In this document: positions 51,318 to 61,627 of the stretch, piece by piece | Numbering within the stretch: the stretch's first letter is position 1 | Layout of the letters: each line of letters opens with the position of its first letter | Assembly: GCA_019058445.1 (NCBI GenBank) | Contig: JAHPZA010000003.1 | Coordinates: 356,919 to 420,918 of the forward strand | Direction: 5' to 3' | DNA: 64,000 nt | DNA from: Promethearchaeota archaeon | GTDB lineage: Archaea; Asgardarchaeota; Lokiarchaeia; Sigyniarchaeales; SOKP01 | Position numbers and translations under genes: made by a program | Notes under the pieces: model-generated | Told to the model about the DNA's origin: nothing | Database searches by the model: none | What the model saw: the letters and a program-made list of their open reading frames with translations, nothing else

Positions 51318-52640
51318 ATGCATAATAAGTACATCATCCATCTAATTATTGCTAGTATTCTGTGGGGTCTTGTACCTATCTTAGTTTATGGTCTTTTTGC
51401 AGAAATCTCAATATTAATGATTATTTTCTTAAGATTTTTTATTTCAGGAGTAGTGTTTCTATGTCTATCTTTAATTTATATTTATTTTAATAATAAATCT
51501 GCTACTGATGAAAAGTCTAAAATAAAATTGAAGGATTTAATGAAAAGCACCCTAAATAAAAATAAAAATTTTAATAATATGTATAATCTGTTGTATTATT
51601 CATTTCTGGGCTTTTTTGGAATCATTTTACAAATCATTGGCTATTTTTTAGCTCTGAAAACTACTTCTATTGCATTTACAATGATTGGTTTTCAATTAAG
51701 TATAATACTAATAGCCTTTTATGAACATGGGGTAAATTCAGAAAAGTTGGACTTCTTCAAGTTTCTCTATCTCTTAATTTTAATTTTTTCGATTGGAATT
51801 ATAATTTATGTGAAACTCCAAGAATCAAATACCATTCAAAATCCTATTATGGGCATATTTTATGTTATCTTATTTACCGCAAGTTTAACTTTTTTGCAAA
51901 TAGGTTTAGGGAAAGAATCGTACACTAAAAGTGAAATAAAATTAATAAATATCAATCAAAACTATAAAATGGCCCGAATGATGTTTAGAATTGCCCTAAT
52001 TTTTCTTACTGGTATTGGAATTATGTTTCCATTTCTTATAATAGTTGATTCTGTTCCAGTTAAAGGAGATTTAACTAATGAAACTACCTTATTTTTTAAT
52101 GAATTCACCTATCTTTTTCAGATTTTAATGAGATGGGAAGTCCTATTTCTAATAGTATTTTCAACAATCGTTCCCTACGTTTTATTTTTTATGGCGGAAG
52201 CAAATTGGAGTCCTTATGAACTGACGTATAATCAATGGATCGCAATTATCGCTGTCATAGAGCCTATATGTGGCATATTCTTAGGTGTATTAATTATTAA
52301 TGAATATTTTCCCACAGAATATCTGATTATTGTAATATTTTTACTTATTATCTCTATTTTATTTCGATATGCTCATGAGTCAAAAAATAAAGTTAATGCA
52401 TTTCTATTAATAAAGCATAAATTTGGTATACTAAAAGATTTACCGCTTAAATTGTTGAAATTCAACGGGATTTGTTGTGTAAGCCCGTTAATTGGTAAAT
52501 TCGACCTCCTTTTAAATGTCAAAACTAATTCCATAAAGGATTTTTATTACTTAATTGATACTCAATTAAGAAGTATAGAAGGGATAACCAATATAGAGAT
52601 ACTTTTTATTAAAAATATAAATAAATTAGATATAACTTGA
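51318..52640 (+). CDS. EamA/DMT transporter fused to C-terminal Lrp/AsnC ligand-binding (RAM) domain
   Basis: ILWG...FLRF, about 10 TM segments, IEP; C-terminal IGKFDLLL...LRSIEGI. Confidence 0.75.
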   Translation: MHNKYIIHLIIASILWGLVPILVYGLFAEISILMIIFLRFFISGVVFLCLSLIYIYFNNKSATDEKSKIKLKDLMKSTLNKNKNFNNMYNLLYYSFLGFFGIILQIIGYFLALKTTSIAFTMIGFQLSIILIAFYEHGVNSEKLDFFKFLYLLILIFSIGIIIYVKLQESNTIQNPIMGIFYVILFTASLTFLQIGLGKESYTKSEIKLININQNYKMARMMFRIALIFLTGIGIMFPFLIIVDSVPVKGDLTNETTLFFNEFTYLFQILMRWEVLFLIVFSTIVPYVLFFMAEANWSPYELTYNQWIAIIAVIEPICGIFLGVLIINEYFPTEYLIIVIFLLIISILFRYAHESKNKVNAFLLIKHKFGILKDLPLKLLKFNGICCVSPLIGKFDLLLNVKTNSIKDFYYLIDTQLRSIEGITNIEILFIKNINKLDIT

Positions 52641-52671
52641 AAATTTTTACAAACCTATAAGGTGATTTAGA

Positions 52672-52917
52672 ATGACTATTAAAGCTCTTATATTTTGCCA
52701 AGTGGAACATAAAGCCATGAGAAAAGTAATTGAAGATTTTAAAAATATACCAGAAATCAAAAGAGTTTTTTCTTTAACGGGAGATTATGATATTTTAGCT
52801 GAAATTGAAGTGGATTCATCTGAGGAGTTATTTGATTCATTTGCTAAAAAAATTGATCTTATTGAAGGAATTATCAATACAAATACTCATGTCATTATGA
52901 AAGAATTCATTAAATAA
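52672..52917 (+). CDS. Stand-alone Lrp/AsnC ligand-binding (RAM) domain protein
   Basis: LTGDYDILAE...IEGIINTNT. Confidence 0.88.
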   Translation: MTIKALIFCQVEHKAMRKVIEDFKNIPEIKRVFSLTGDYDILAEIEVDSSEELFDSFAKKIDLIEGIINTNTHVIMKEFIK

Positions 52918-53020
52918 AGGGGATTTAAGCTATCAGAAATTTTGCTTTAAATCTTTTCCTAAGAAGTTTTTATAAGTGAAAGAAACTAAATAGATATTAT
53001 TAAAATATAAGGGGGAAAAA

Positions 53021-54106
53021 ATGAATACAAAAAATACTAAGTATGATCCATTTATGAGGGGTCCTTTTCCAGTAGGAGTTAAAAGCCAAGATTTAATCGA
53101 TTCCAAAAGAGGTAGAAAAATTCCCATCGAAATTTGGTATCCTGCTACTGATGAGTATTTAGGAATGGATCTAGATGAGAAAACAAAGGATAAATACCGG
53201 CTTTTTTCCCGTGTAAAACAAGAAGCTGTGCGTGATGCTCCTATTAGGAAAGGTATATTTCCTTTAGTTATGTTCTCCCATGGTTATAGTGGTCATCGTC
53301 GACAATCAACCCATTTTTGTTGCCACTTAGCAAGCCATGGATATATAGTCTCATCCCCAGATCATTTAGGAAATACGATATTTGAGATGTTAGAGAATTA
53401 TACTTTTAATAAAAAAGTTGCTACACCTGAAGATATGATTAAAATTACTAAAAGCTCAATGATTGATAGACCTTTAGACATCAGTTTTGTTATCGACAGT
53501 TTATTAGCTGGAGGAACATCAATATCAAAAACAAGTATTAATGTAAAGAAAATTGGTATGACAGGACATAGCTTTGGTGGTTGGACCACGCTAAAAGTCT
53601 GTGAAAAGGAGGATAGAATATGTGCAGCATTACCTCTCGCTCCAGCGGGGGGAAAGCCCTGGTCAGATGATATTGGCCAATTACTTTATAAAAATCTCAA
53701 TTTAAATTGGACTCACAGTATTCCAACGCTCTACCTCGTTGCAGAAAGAGATAGTGAATTGTCTCTGGAATCAATGCATGATCTTTTACGTCGAACTCAA
53801 GAACCTAAATGCATGGTTGTTTTACAAAACGCAGATCATTTCCATTTTTGTGATATGGCAGATCAAATTCATGAATACTTTCGTAGAACAAGAGAAACAG
53901 TAAGCCATGATGTTTCTGCTGCATCTGAGAAAATGAGCCCATTTTCAGAGCTCTGCCCTGCTATTGAAGGATATAACTATTTACGCGGTCTTGGTCTTGC
54001 TCACATGGATGCTCATCTTAAATTAAAACAAGAAGCTACTAATTTACTAATTAATGATGTCAAATTAGCATTGGAAAAACATGGAATTTCAGTCAAAGTT
54101 TTCTAG
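53021..54106 (+). CDS. Alpha/beta hydrolase (PAF-acetylhydrolase/dienelactone hydrolase-like)
   Basis: IWYP, FSHG, GHSFGG and DH motifs. Confidence 0.85.
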   Translation: MNTKNTKYDPFMRGPFPVGVKSQDLIDSKRGRKIPIEIWYPATDEYLGMDLDEKTKDKYRLFSRVKQEAVRDAPIRKGIFPLVMFSHGYSGHRRQSTHFCCHLASHGYIVSSPDHLGNTIFEMLENYTFNKKVATPEDMIKITKSSMIDRPLDISFVIDSLLAGGTSISKTSINVKKIGMTGHSFGGWTTLKVCEKEDRICAALPLAPAGGKPWSDDIGQLLYKNLNLNWTHSIPTLYLVAERDSELSLESMHDLLRRTQEPKCMVVLQNADHFHFCDMADQIHEYFRRTRETVSHDVSAASEKMSPFSELCPAIEGYNYLRGLGLAHMDAHLKLKQEATNLLINDVKLALEKHGISVKVF

Positions 54107-54284
54107 TATTTTTTCTTTACTTTATGTAGTTATGAAAGAATTTATTAAATAATAAGATTCAATTAATTCTGCTTATATTCTGAAAAGCCTCTCCTTATGA
54201 ATATTATAGAATATAATGAGAGTATTTTTGTTCAATTCTTTTTACTTTTCAATTGATAGAGGTTTTAGAAAGGTGATTAAAAAA

Positions 54285-54452
54285 ATGGCTAAATTAATCT
54301 GTAATGTATGTGGATCTGAAAAAGATGTGCCAAAATGCTGTGATAAATCGATGATTTTAAAGGATAATTATTTAATGTGCTGTTGCTCAGATAATTGCGG
54401 TCATCAACACATTCCAGAATGTTGTGGTCAACCAATGAATTATATTGATTAA
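54285..54452 (+). CDS. Cys-rich metal-binding microprotein (55 aa, tandem desulforedoxin-like motifs)
   Basis: SD AGGTGA; CNVCG..PKCCDKSM and CSDNCG..PECCGQPM; 10 Cys. Confidence 0.75.
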   Translation: MAKLICNVCGSEKDVPKCCDKSMILKDNYLMCCCSDNCGHQHIPECCGQPMNYID

Positions 54453-54498
54453 AATTCCAAAAAAGATATAAAAAAAATAAAATATAAAAAAATCTGAT

Positions 54499-56091
54499 TT
54501 ACCAAACTATATTATTAATAACATCTTTAGCCTGATCTGCTTCTTTCTTACTTAAGATCTTCTGTATTCGTAAATCGTTAATAGCATCTTCCAACTGCAT
54601 ATCTACATTTTTGATAGATTCCATAAGGTTGTTATTTTCTCCCTCAGTCTCAACCAAATCAACCATTGGGGTGTATTTATTCATAAGATTATGAAGCTCT
54701 TTTCTAAAACTTTCTGTAACTTTTGTTCTTTGAACTTTTCCCCTGTCAATCATCAATGGCAACACCGGGGCTCTTTCTGCTGTTCGGTTGGTATTTGGGT
54801 CAACAAAATAAAAAATAAAGATTGGAATTCCTACGACGATATTTTGCGTGTTAATTTCGATTGTATAATTATTGAAGAAATTTTGAAGATCTGTTAATTC
54901 TCCATTCTTAATGCCTTCAATATTATCCAAACAACTCTGTTTTTCATTTTTTATTTGAACATTAATAACCTCTGCAGACGCTAAGTCCGAGCTTAAGCCC
55001 TTATGTTTTGAATCTATGTCCCTTTGGACTTCAGAAATCCTACGCTCAAGTTCGGAAACTTTAGTATTATGAGAATTTTCAATATCTCTTGCCTCACGGT
55101 TTAAGTTTTTCTTTAACTGAGCGATTTCTGTATTATACCTACTAATTAAATTTCCCATATCGTTATATCTCAATTCTACTTCATTCATACCTTCATCAAG
55201 AAGAGAAAGATCTTTTTGATTAACGGCATTCTTTACGCGTTCAACTCCGTTCCTTAATGCATTTATATGGTTATTGAATTCACCTGTTTTATCGCTAATT
55301 CTATAATTACCAGACTTTAATAATTCATCGGGTTTGTTTTTTAGATCTCTTTCTTTTTCTTGTTTCAATTCACTATTGAGTCTAGCGAGTTGTTTCTCTT
55401 CTTCTCTTGTATCTACAGTAGTGCCTTTAATCTTTTCCACTTCTTGAGAACTTTTTTGAAGCCACTTGTCGCATAATTTTATTATTTGTTGAGCATAATT
55501 ATCCAGAGTATTTACATCCTTTAAATCTACAAAATCATAGACATCTTGGACGATTTTGACTTGATTAACACTTTTAGCAATTGGGTCCCCCTCTAATAAA
55601 AAGTATGGTTCTCCAAAAGAGCTTAAATTATATTGATTTAAGAAAAAATTCTTAAAATAGCCTATTTCATTAGTATTAAATACAGCTTCTTGGACTATCG
55701 TCGCTCGTTTATAATTCTTACTTTTTTTCAAATAAGCAGAGTTATATGAACGTAGAGAATCTAAAAATGTAGAAGGATCAGCTCCCTTTATGATGTTGTT
55801 AGGCGGAGGAGGTAATTGATTGAAAGGACCCACTTTCAAAATTTCTTGTTTATTTAGAAAATATGAACAAACAGATGCTCTCGTATCGCTTAAAGGAATT
55901 AATCTAACAGGCCAAAAACAGGTAGCAATTTTACTAATTTTTCCCTTTTTACTAATTTTTTTAGCTCCATAGATGTTTATACATTCTATAAGAGCCATAG
56001 CAATTTCATTTAAAAGAGTCGCTTTAGACCGTGTAGGGATAACCTCTCCGAGATTAATAAGATAAGGGATTATTTTATCCATTTTATTCAT
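54499..56091 (-). CDS. Hypothetical protein with long central coiled coil
   Basis: Globular ends flanking a heptad-rich region. Confidence 0.7.
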   Translation of the reverse strand: MNKMDKIIPYLINLGEVIPTRSKATLLNEIAMALIECINIYGAKKISKKGKISKIATCFWPVRLIPLSDTRASVCSYFLNKQEILKVGPFNQLPPPPNNIIKGADPSTFLDSLRSYNSAYLKKSKNYKRATIVQEAVFNTNEIGYFKNFFLNQYNLSSFGEPYFLLEGDPIAKSVNQVKIVQDVYDFVDLKDVNTLDNYAQQIIKLCDKWLQKSSQEVEKIKGTTVDTREEEKQLARLNSELKQEKERDLKNKPDELLKSGNYRISDKTGEFNNHINALRNGVERVKNAVNQKDLSLLDEGMNEVELRYNDMGNLISRYNTEIAQLKKNLNREARDIENSHNTKVSELERRISEVQRDIDSKHKGLSSDLASAEVINVQIKNEKQSCLDNIEGIKNGELTDLQNFFNNYTIEINTQNIVVGIPIFIFYFVDPNTNRTAERAPVLPLMIDRGKVQRTKVTESFRKELHNLMNKYTPMVDLVETEGENNNLMESIKNVDMQLEDAINDLRIQKILSKKEADQAKDVINNIVW

Positions 56092-56234
56092 TCACCATTT
56101 TATAGTTATCTTTATTACTTTTTAAAAATAGTTTTATAATTAAAGTTTTGGATTTGATTATTCATTAAATCAATAAAATTCATTAAAAGATTTGAATTTC
56201 ATTATATTAGTAACGATTAACAAAAACACTGAAT

Positions 56235-56966
56235 ATGAAAAAAAAAACCTATTTTCAAGTGGCACTCCTCTTTATACTTATTAACTCCTTTATTGTAATA
56301 AATGCTACTGCTGTGGAATATACTCTGGATATCGATGAAAACACTAATTGGATATGGAGGGTTGATGAATTTGATGAGGACACATACGATGATATTTTTG
56401 AGGGTTATTCTGCAGAGGAGAAACCTGACAAACTTAATGAAGATGACCAACAAAAGATAAGTATAACAGACATCGATACCAGGGATGAAAAATGGGTCAT
56501 ATCTTATGAGAGATGGGACTATACAGATGACACTAATGACTTTAGCGACCAACCTGATGATGAAAAAATTAAAACTGTATATAAGGATCCTGAAGATGAA
56601 GGTGATGATATTTTAGTTTTAGAGGATATAGCAAGTATGTGGATTGTTCCCTCACCTCATATTAATTATATAGAAGAATTTCATGATGAATTTGACAATC
56701 CAAGCATTGATGTTTCTGTAGAAGACGATAAATTAGTAGCAAAAAATGCTATCGAAATGGCTAAATATGAGATTGAGATTGAATATGGGGATGATGGATT
56801 GGCAGAGGAGATAGAATATATAGATGAGAATGGAGATACTTTTATAAAAATTACACTTATTAGAGAAACAGTTCCAGGTTTCAATGTCGGGCTTATTTTA
56901 TTACTCATCTTTGGAGTAATTGCTATTATTATATGGAGAAAAAGGAGTATTTTTTCTAGTAATTAA
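56235..56966 (+). CDS. Secreted acidic surface protein with PGF-CTERM-like sorting signal
   Basis: Signal peptide; VPGF followed by TM helix and WRKR. Confidence 0.8.
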   Translation: MKKKTYFQVALLFILINSFIVINATAVEYTLDIDENTNWIWRVDEFDEDTYDDIFEGYSAEEKPDKLNEDDQQKISITDIDTRDEKWVISYERWDYTDDTNDFSDQPDDEKIKTVYKDPEDEGDDILVLEDIASMWIVPSPHINYIEEFHDEFDNPSIDVSVEDDKLVAKNAIEMAKYEIEIEYGDDGLAEEIEYIDENGDTFIKITLIRETVPGFNVGLILLLIFGVIAIIIWRKRSIFSSN

Positions 56967-57109
56967 GGAGATTTGATTCCATTTTTATCCCCCTATTAAA
57001 AATTGTTGAATATACTTTATATTAGCCATAATTTTGTAAAATTCTTATTAATGTAATTATCATAGTATTAATTGATAAATCCTAAAAAAAAATAAATTGG
57101 TGGTATATA

Positions 57110-57885
57110 TGGTTGATAAGTTTTTAGAGGGAAAAGGCGCTCTCATTACAGGGGGCGCTTCTGGTTTTGGGAGAGGAACTGCTTATGCTTTTGCCGAGAG
57201 AGGTGCAGATATTATTTTAGTTGACATAAACGAAGAACAATTAGAGGAAACATCAAAAGATATTGCTCAAAAAACAGGACGGAAAGTCATTCCAATTGTA
57301 TGTGATGTTTCCAAATCTGATCAAGTAGATGCTATGGCAAAGCAAGCATATCAAGAACTAGATAATGTATATATATTATTCAATAACGCAGGGATAGGTG
57401 TTGCCTATGGAAAAAATATTTGTAGAGTGAGAGAAGAACAATGGGATCATATTATGTCTGTTAACCTTAAAGGTCAATGGTTGGTGGCAAAATCAATATG
57501 GAGAAAGATGAAAGCACAAAAATTTGAGCCACTTTCTGGTAAAATTATATGTAACGCATCTGCTGCAGGTCTTCTTTTAATTCCTGAACTTCCTGCATAC
57601 AGCATTACAAAAGTCGGAGTAATGGCATTAACAAAATTATTAGCAAAAAGCTTAGCCCCTCAGATTACGGCAAATGCAGTATTACCTGGATTCCATATAA
57701 CTGGTATTTACATGAATAGTGAAGAGGCAGTACAAACAGTACTTGATGATCAAAATATAAAGATCCCATTAGGTCGAATTGGAACTGTGGATGATGTTGT
57801 TGATCTTTTAGTATATTTAGCATCTCCTGCTTCAAATTATATTACAGGCCAATGTATTCCTGTAGGTGGAGGAGTTTGTATTTGA
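57110..57885 (+). CDS. SDR oxidoreductase paralog 1 (start approximate, MVDKFL)
   Basis: TGGASGFG, NNAG and YSITK motifs. Confidence 0.9.
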
Positions 57886-58011
57886 ATTTTATCTAATTGA
57901 AGTAATTTAATTCATATTTTTTTTTCTTTATCTAGGATTTTTGAGATTTAAAACTTTAAATTAAATAACATCTCGATTATAACTATACTATCCACTAAAA
58001 AATTGAGAAAA

Positions 58012-58797
58012 ATGGTTGAAAAATTTTTAGAAGGAAGAGGTACACTCATCACCGGAGGAGCCTCGGGTTTTGGTAGAGGGGCTGCTTATGCTTTTGCCGA
58101 GAGAGGTGCTGATGTGGTGATCATAGATAATAACGAAGAACTTTTAGAAGAAACAGCAAAAAAAGTTGCGGATAAAACAGGTCAAAAAACAATTCCTATT
58201 GTATGCGATGTGTCAAAATCAGATCAGGTAGAAGCGATGGCTAAACAAGCGTTTAGAGAATTAGATAATATCTATGTGTTATTTAATAATGCTGGCATTG
58301 GGATTGCTTATGGTAAAAATATATGTAGAGTAAGGGAAGAGCAATGGGACAAGATCATGTCGGTTAACCTTAAAGGTCAATGGTTAGTCGCCAAATCTTT
58401 ATGGAGAAAGATGAAAGCTCAAAAGTTTGATGGTGAGATGCTTTCAGGAAGAATTATATGTAATGCTTCTTTAGCAGGTCTTAAAATGAATCCTAAACTC
58501 CCTACGTATAGTATCACTAAAGTGGGAGTTATTGCTTTAGCAAAATTATTAGCAAAGACGTTAGCACCATATATCACTGTTAACTCAATAGCGCCGGGCT
58601 TTCACGTTACAGGAATTTATCTAGATAGTGTGGAAGTTGTAGAAACCGTATTAAGAGAGGAACGAATACAAATTCCGTTGAATAGAATTGGAACAGTTGA
58701 AGATGTAGTTGAACTTGTCGTGTTTCTGGCATCACCTGCTTCTACATATATAACAGGTCAATGTATCCCTGTGGGCGGAGGATTAGCTAATTTTTAG
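58012..58797 (+). CDS. SDR oxidoreductase paralog 2
   Basis: TGGASGFG, NNAG and YSITK motifs. Confidence 0.9.
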   Translation: MVEKFLEGRGTLITGGASGFGRGAAYAFAERGADVVIIDNNEELLEETAKKVADKTGQKTIPIVCDVSKSDQVEAMAKQAFRELDNIYVLFNNAGIGIAYGKNICRVREEQWDKIMSVNLKGQWLVAKSLWRKMKAQKFDGEMLSGRIICNASLAGLKMNPKLPTYSITKVGVIALAKLLAKTLAPYITVNSIAPGFHVTGIYLDSVEVVETVLREERIQIPLNRIGTVEDVVELVVFLASPASTYITGQCIPVGGGLANF

Positions 58798-58981
58798 ATT
58801 TCACATAATTTCTTAAAATTTTAAAATACATTTTTTTTTTCTCAGTTTTTATCTATTAATCTTCAGTTTTAACATTAATACATACTTTTAATAGTATATT
58901 TAGAGAACTTAAAACCTTTAAAGCAAATAAAGACAAATATAATTTAGAACATCTAAAAAAAATAAGGGTGTTAATAGAAGA

Positions 58982-59794
58982 ATGGTAGAGAAATTTCTTG
59001 AGGGAAAAGGAGCTCTCATTACTGGTGGAGCTTCAGGTTTTGGAAGAGGTTTTGCTTTTGCTTATGCATCGAGAGGCGCAGATTTAGTATTAGTTGATAT
59101 TAATGAACAATTACTCGAAGAAACCTCAAAAAAAATAACACAAGAAACCGGAAAAAAAGTTATTCCAATTGTATGTGATGTTTCAAAATCAGATCAAGTG
59201 GAAGCAATGGCAAAACAAGCGTTCAATGAATTAGATAATATTTATATTTTGAATAATAATGCTGGGGTTGGAGATCCTTATGGACCAGATCTATTAAGAT
59301 TAAAGGAAAAATATTGGGATAGACTATTTGATATTAATCTTAAGGGTCAATGGCTTGTATCCAAATCTATATGTAAACGAATGAAAAAGCAAGCATTTAA
59401 ACCAATTGCCGGTAAGGTCATACATACCGCTTCAATAGCTGGGATGATAGTAGATAATAAAATACCTGCTTATTCAATGTGTAAAGCGGGAGTTATCGCT
59501 ATGACAAAATTACTTGCCCAAAGTTTGGCTCCAAATATAACGGTAAATGCTATTTCACCGGGATATCACGTAACTGGTGTTTATAACAATTCTGAAGAAG
59601 CAATGGTAATGACTATGAATGATGGAAATGTTAAAACTCCTTTAAATAGATTAGGAACTGTAGAAGATGTTGTAAAGGTTTCGGTGTTTCTAGCTTCTCC
59701 AGATTCAGATTTTATAACGGGTCATAATTTCCCCGTAGATGGTGGTATCGCAGAAGTCGGTGTTCCAGCTTATTATTTTAAATCAGATGTCTAA
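58982..59794 (+). CDS. SDR oxidoreductase paralog 3
   Basis: TGGASGFG, NNAG, YSMCK and VDGG motifs. Confidence 0.9.
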   Translation: MVEKFLEGKGALITGGASGFGRGFAFAYASRGADLVLVDINEQLLEETSKKITQETGKKVIPIVCDVSKSDQVEAMAKQAFNELDNIYILNNNAGVGDPYGPDLLRLKEKYWDRLFDINLKGQWLVSKSICKRMKKQAFKPIAGKVIHTASIAGMIVDNKIPAYSMCKAGVIAMTKLLAQSLAPNITVNAISPGYHVTGVYNNSEEAMVMTMNDGNVKTPLNRLGTVEDVVKVSVFLASPDSDFITGHNFPVDGGIAEVGVPAYYFKSDV

Positions 59795-59878
59795 TTTTTT
59801 TATTTTTTTTAATATTTAAATATGAGTTACACTCCTAAGTTAATCAAAGATGTTAACAAAATAAAAGTGAATAAATAA

Positions 59879-60283
59879 ATGTTAGATTTAATAATAGCAG
59901 GTTTAGAAATTTTTGTAGGAATTGCAATTATTGTATTTTGGATATATTTTTTTGCGGTAGAATACAAGGATCCTGAGAATGAACAATGGTATATAATATA
60001 TGAACGAACGTTTCCTCTCCCAGATATCGGTTGGATTACACCATGCTTATTTATAGGAGCATATGGTCTAATAACAGGACATAACTTCGGTATCTTTTTT
60101 ACAATCGCTGCAGGTAGTGGAATGATGTTTTTGGGCTTCATTGACACTGCTTTTTCTATACAAAATGGTATTTACAAAAAAAAGGATTTTGGATCAAGAT
60201 TGAGTGTAATTGTCGTAATATGTAGCTTAATCTTTGCTGTCATTTTCACGGTATATGGTTGGATGAAATTTAGCGCCTTATGA
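59879..60283 (+). CDS. 4-TM membrane protein
   Basis: E.TFPLPD.GW motif shared with the next gene. Confidence 0.75.
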   Translation: MLDLIIAGLEIFVGIAIIVFWIYFFAVEYKDPENEQWYIIYERTFPLPDIGWITPCLFIGAYGLITGHNFGIFFTIAAGSGMMFLGFIDTAFSIQNGIYKKKDFGSRLSVIVVICSLIFAVIFTVYGWMKFSAL

Positions 60284-60300
60284 ATGAAACTAGTTAAAGG

Positions 60301-60708
60301 GTGAAAAAAAGTATGATAGATACCATAATGGCATTACTTCAAATTTTACTAGGAGTTGGATTTGCAGGTTTCTGGATTATCTTCTATATTACAGAATATA
60401 AAAATCCGAAAATGGGAGAATGTGATTTCAACCATGAAAAATCTTTTCCCCTTCCAGATTTGGGATGGATTATGCCCTGTTTGTTTATCGCTGGAATTGG
60501 TATTTTATTGGGGCAAAAATTCGGATATTTTTTTTCAGCCCTGGCTGGAAGCGGAATGATGTTCCTGGGATTAATCGATTTAGCTTATGACATTCAAAAT
60601 GAAATTTTTAATAAAAAGGAATTTAGCACGTATATGGGAATATTAATTATATTGATAATGTTAATTTTTGGTCCTATATGTATCATTTATGCTTGGACTA
60701 GCCTCTAA
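60301..60708 (+). CDS. 4-TM membrane protein (paralog)
   Basis: EKSFPLPDLGW; AGSGMMFLG.ID shared with the previous gene. Confidence 0.75.
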   Translation: MKKSMIDTIMALLQILLGVGFAGFWIIFYITEYKNPKMGECDFNHEKSFPLPDLGWIMPCLFIAGIGILLGQKFGYFFSALAGSGMMFLGLIDLAYDIQNEIFNKKEFSTYMGILIILIMLIFGPICIIYAWTSL

Positions 60709-60833
60709 TAAATGTAAAAAATAAATGAATTTCTTTCTTTTCATCCTCTAAATACTTCTTTTTTTTTTGTAATTCTAAATATTTTACCTTAAGAATAACG
60801 AAATATTTAAATACAAAAATATCGAAAATAAAT

Positions 60834-60860
60834 TTAACATCGTTTAATAAACAGCGTTCA
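60834..60860. promoter_or_regulatory. Tandem palindromic operator boxes upstream of the TetR gene
   Basis: TTAACATCGTTTA and TAAACAGCGTTCA (AACANCGTT core) downstream of TATA-like TTTAAATA. Confidence 0.45.
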
Positions 60861-60895
60861 ATTTATTTTATGAACCTTAGAAATCTCCAAGGAAT

Positions 60896-61567
60896 ATGCC
60901 TAAATCAGCGAGAAAAACACAAGAAGTCAGAAAGGTAAAGAAAGAGATATTAGAAAATGCTTTAAAAATCATTAATAAGGAAGGAATTGATAACCTTTCA
61001 ATGAGAAAACTTGCCAGGGAATCTAATATGTCCGCAGCAAACCTTTATAACTATTATGGAAGTAAAGAAAGCATTATCATTGAATTGGACAATAGTGGAT
61101 TTAAGACTTTATATCGGATGGTTAAAAATGCTGTAAACTCCGCAAAAAGCCCAATTGAAAAAATAAAAAGACTAATTCAAGAATATATTGAATTTGGGAC
61201 GAATCCAGAACGTGTTCATCAATATAATATTATGTTTAATAGTGCAAGAGTTTCTGATTATATTGGTACGGGATTTGAAGCATTAGTGGAGTATCAAACG
61301 AGAAAAGCGTTTAGAATTTTAGATATATGTTATAAAATTATTTCGGAATACGTTAAGCATAATCCTAAATTAAATAGGAAAAATCCAAAACTGCTCACAT
61401 TAAGGCTCTGGATTGAACTTCATGGAATTGTTGCGTTCTTCAATACTCGTTTATTTAATGAGCTATATATAAGTGAAGATTTCAAAGAATATGCTCAAGA
61501 TTCGAGAAAAACAGTTCAGATATTAACAAATGAACTGATTAATTCCATTGTCAATGGAGATTTTTAA
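60896..61567 (+). CDS. TetR/AcrR family regulator
   Basis: ILENA...LSMRKLA...LYNYYGSKE; WIELHG. Confidence 0.9.
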   Translation: MPKSARKTQEVRKVKKEILENALKIINKEGIDNLSMRKLARESNMSAANLYNYYGSKESIIIELDNSGFKTLYRMVKNAVNSAKSPIEKIKRLIQEYIEFGTNPERVHQYNIMFNSARVSDYIGTGFEALVEYQTRKAFRILDICYKIISEYVKHNPKLNRKNPKLLTLRLWIELHGIVAFFNTRLFNELYISEDFKEYAQDSRKTVQILTNELINSIVNGDF

Positions 61568-61627
61568 TAATTTAAAATATTAAACGAATGTTGATAAATA
61601 AAAAATGAAAAAAAAAAAGAAAAAAAA

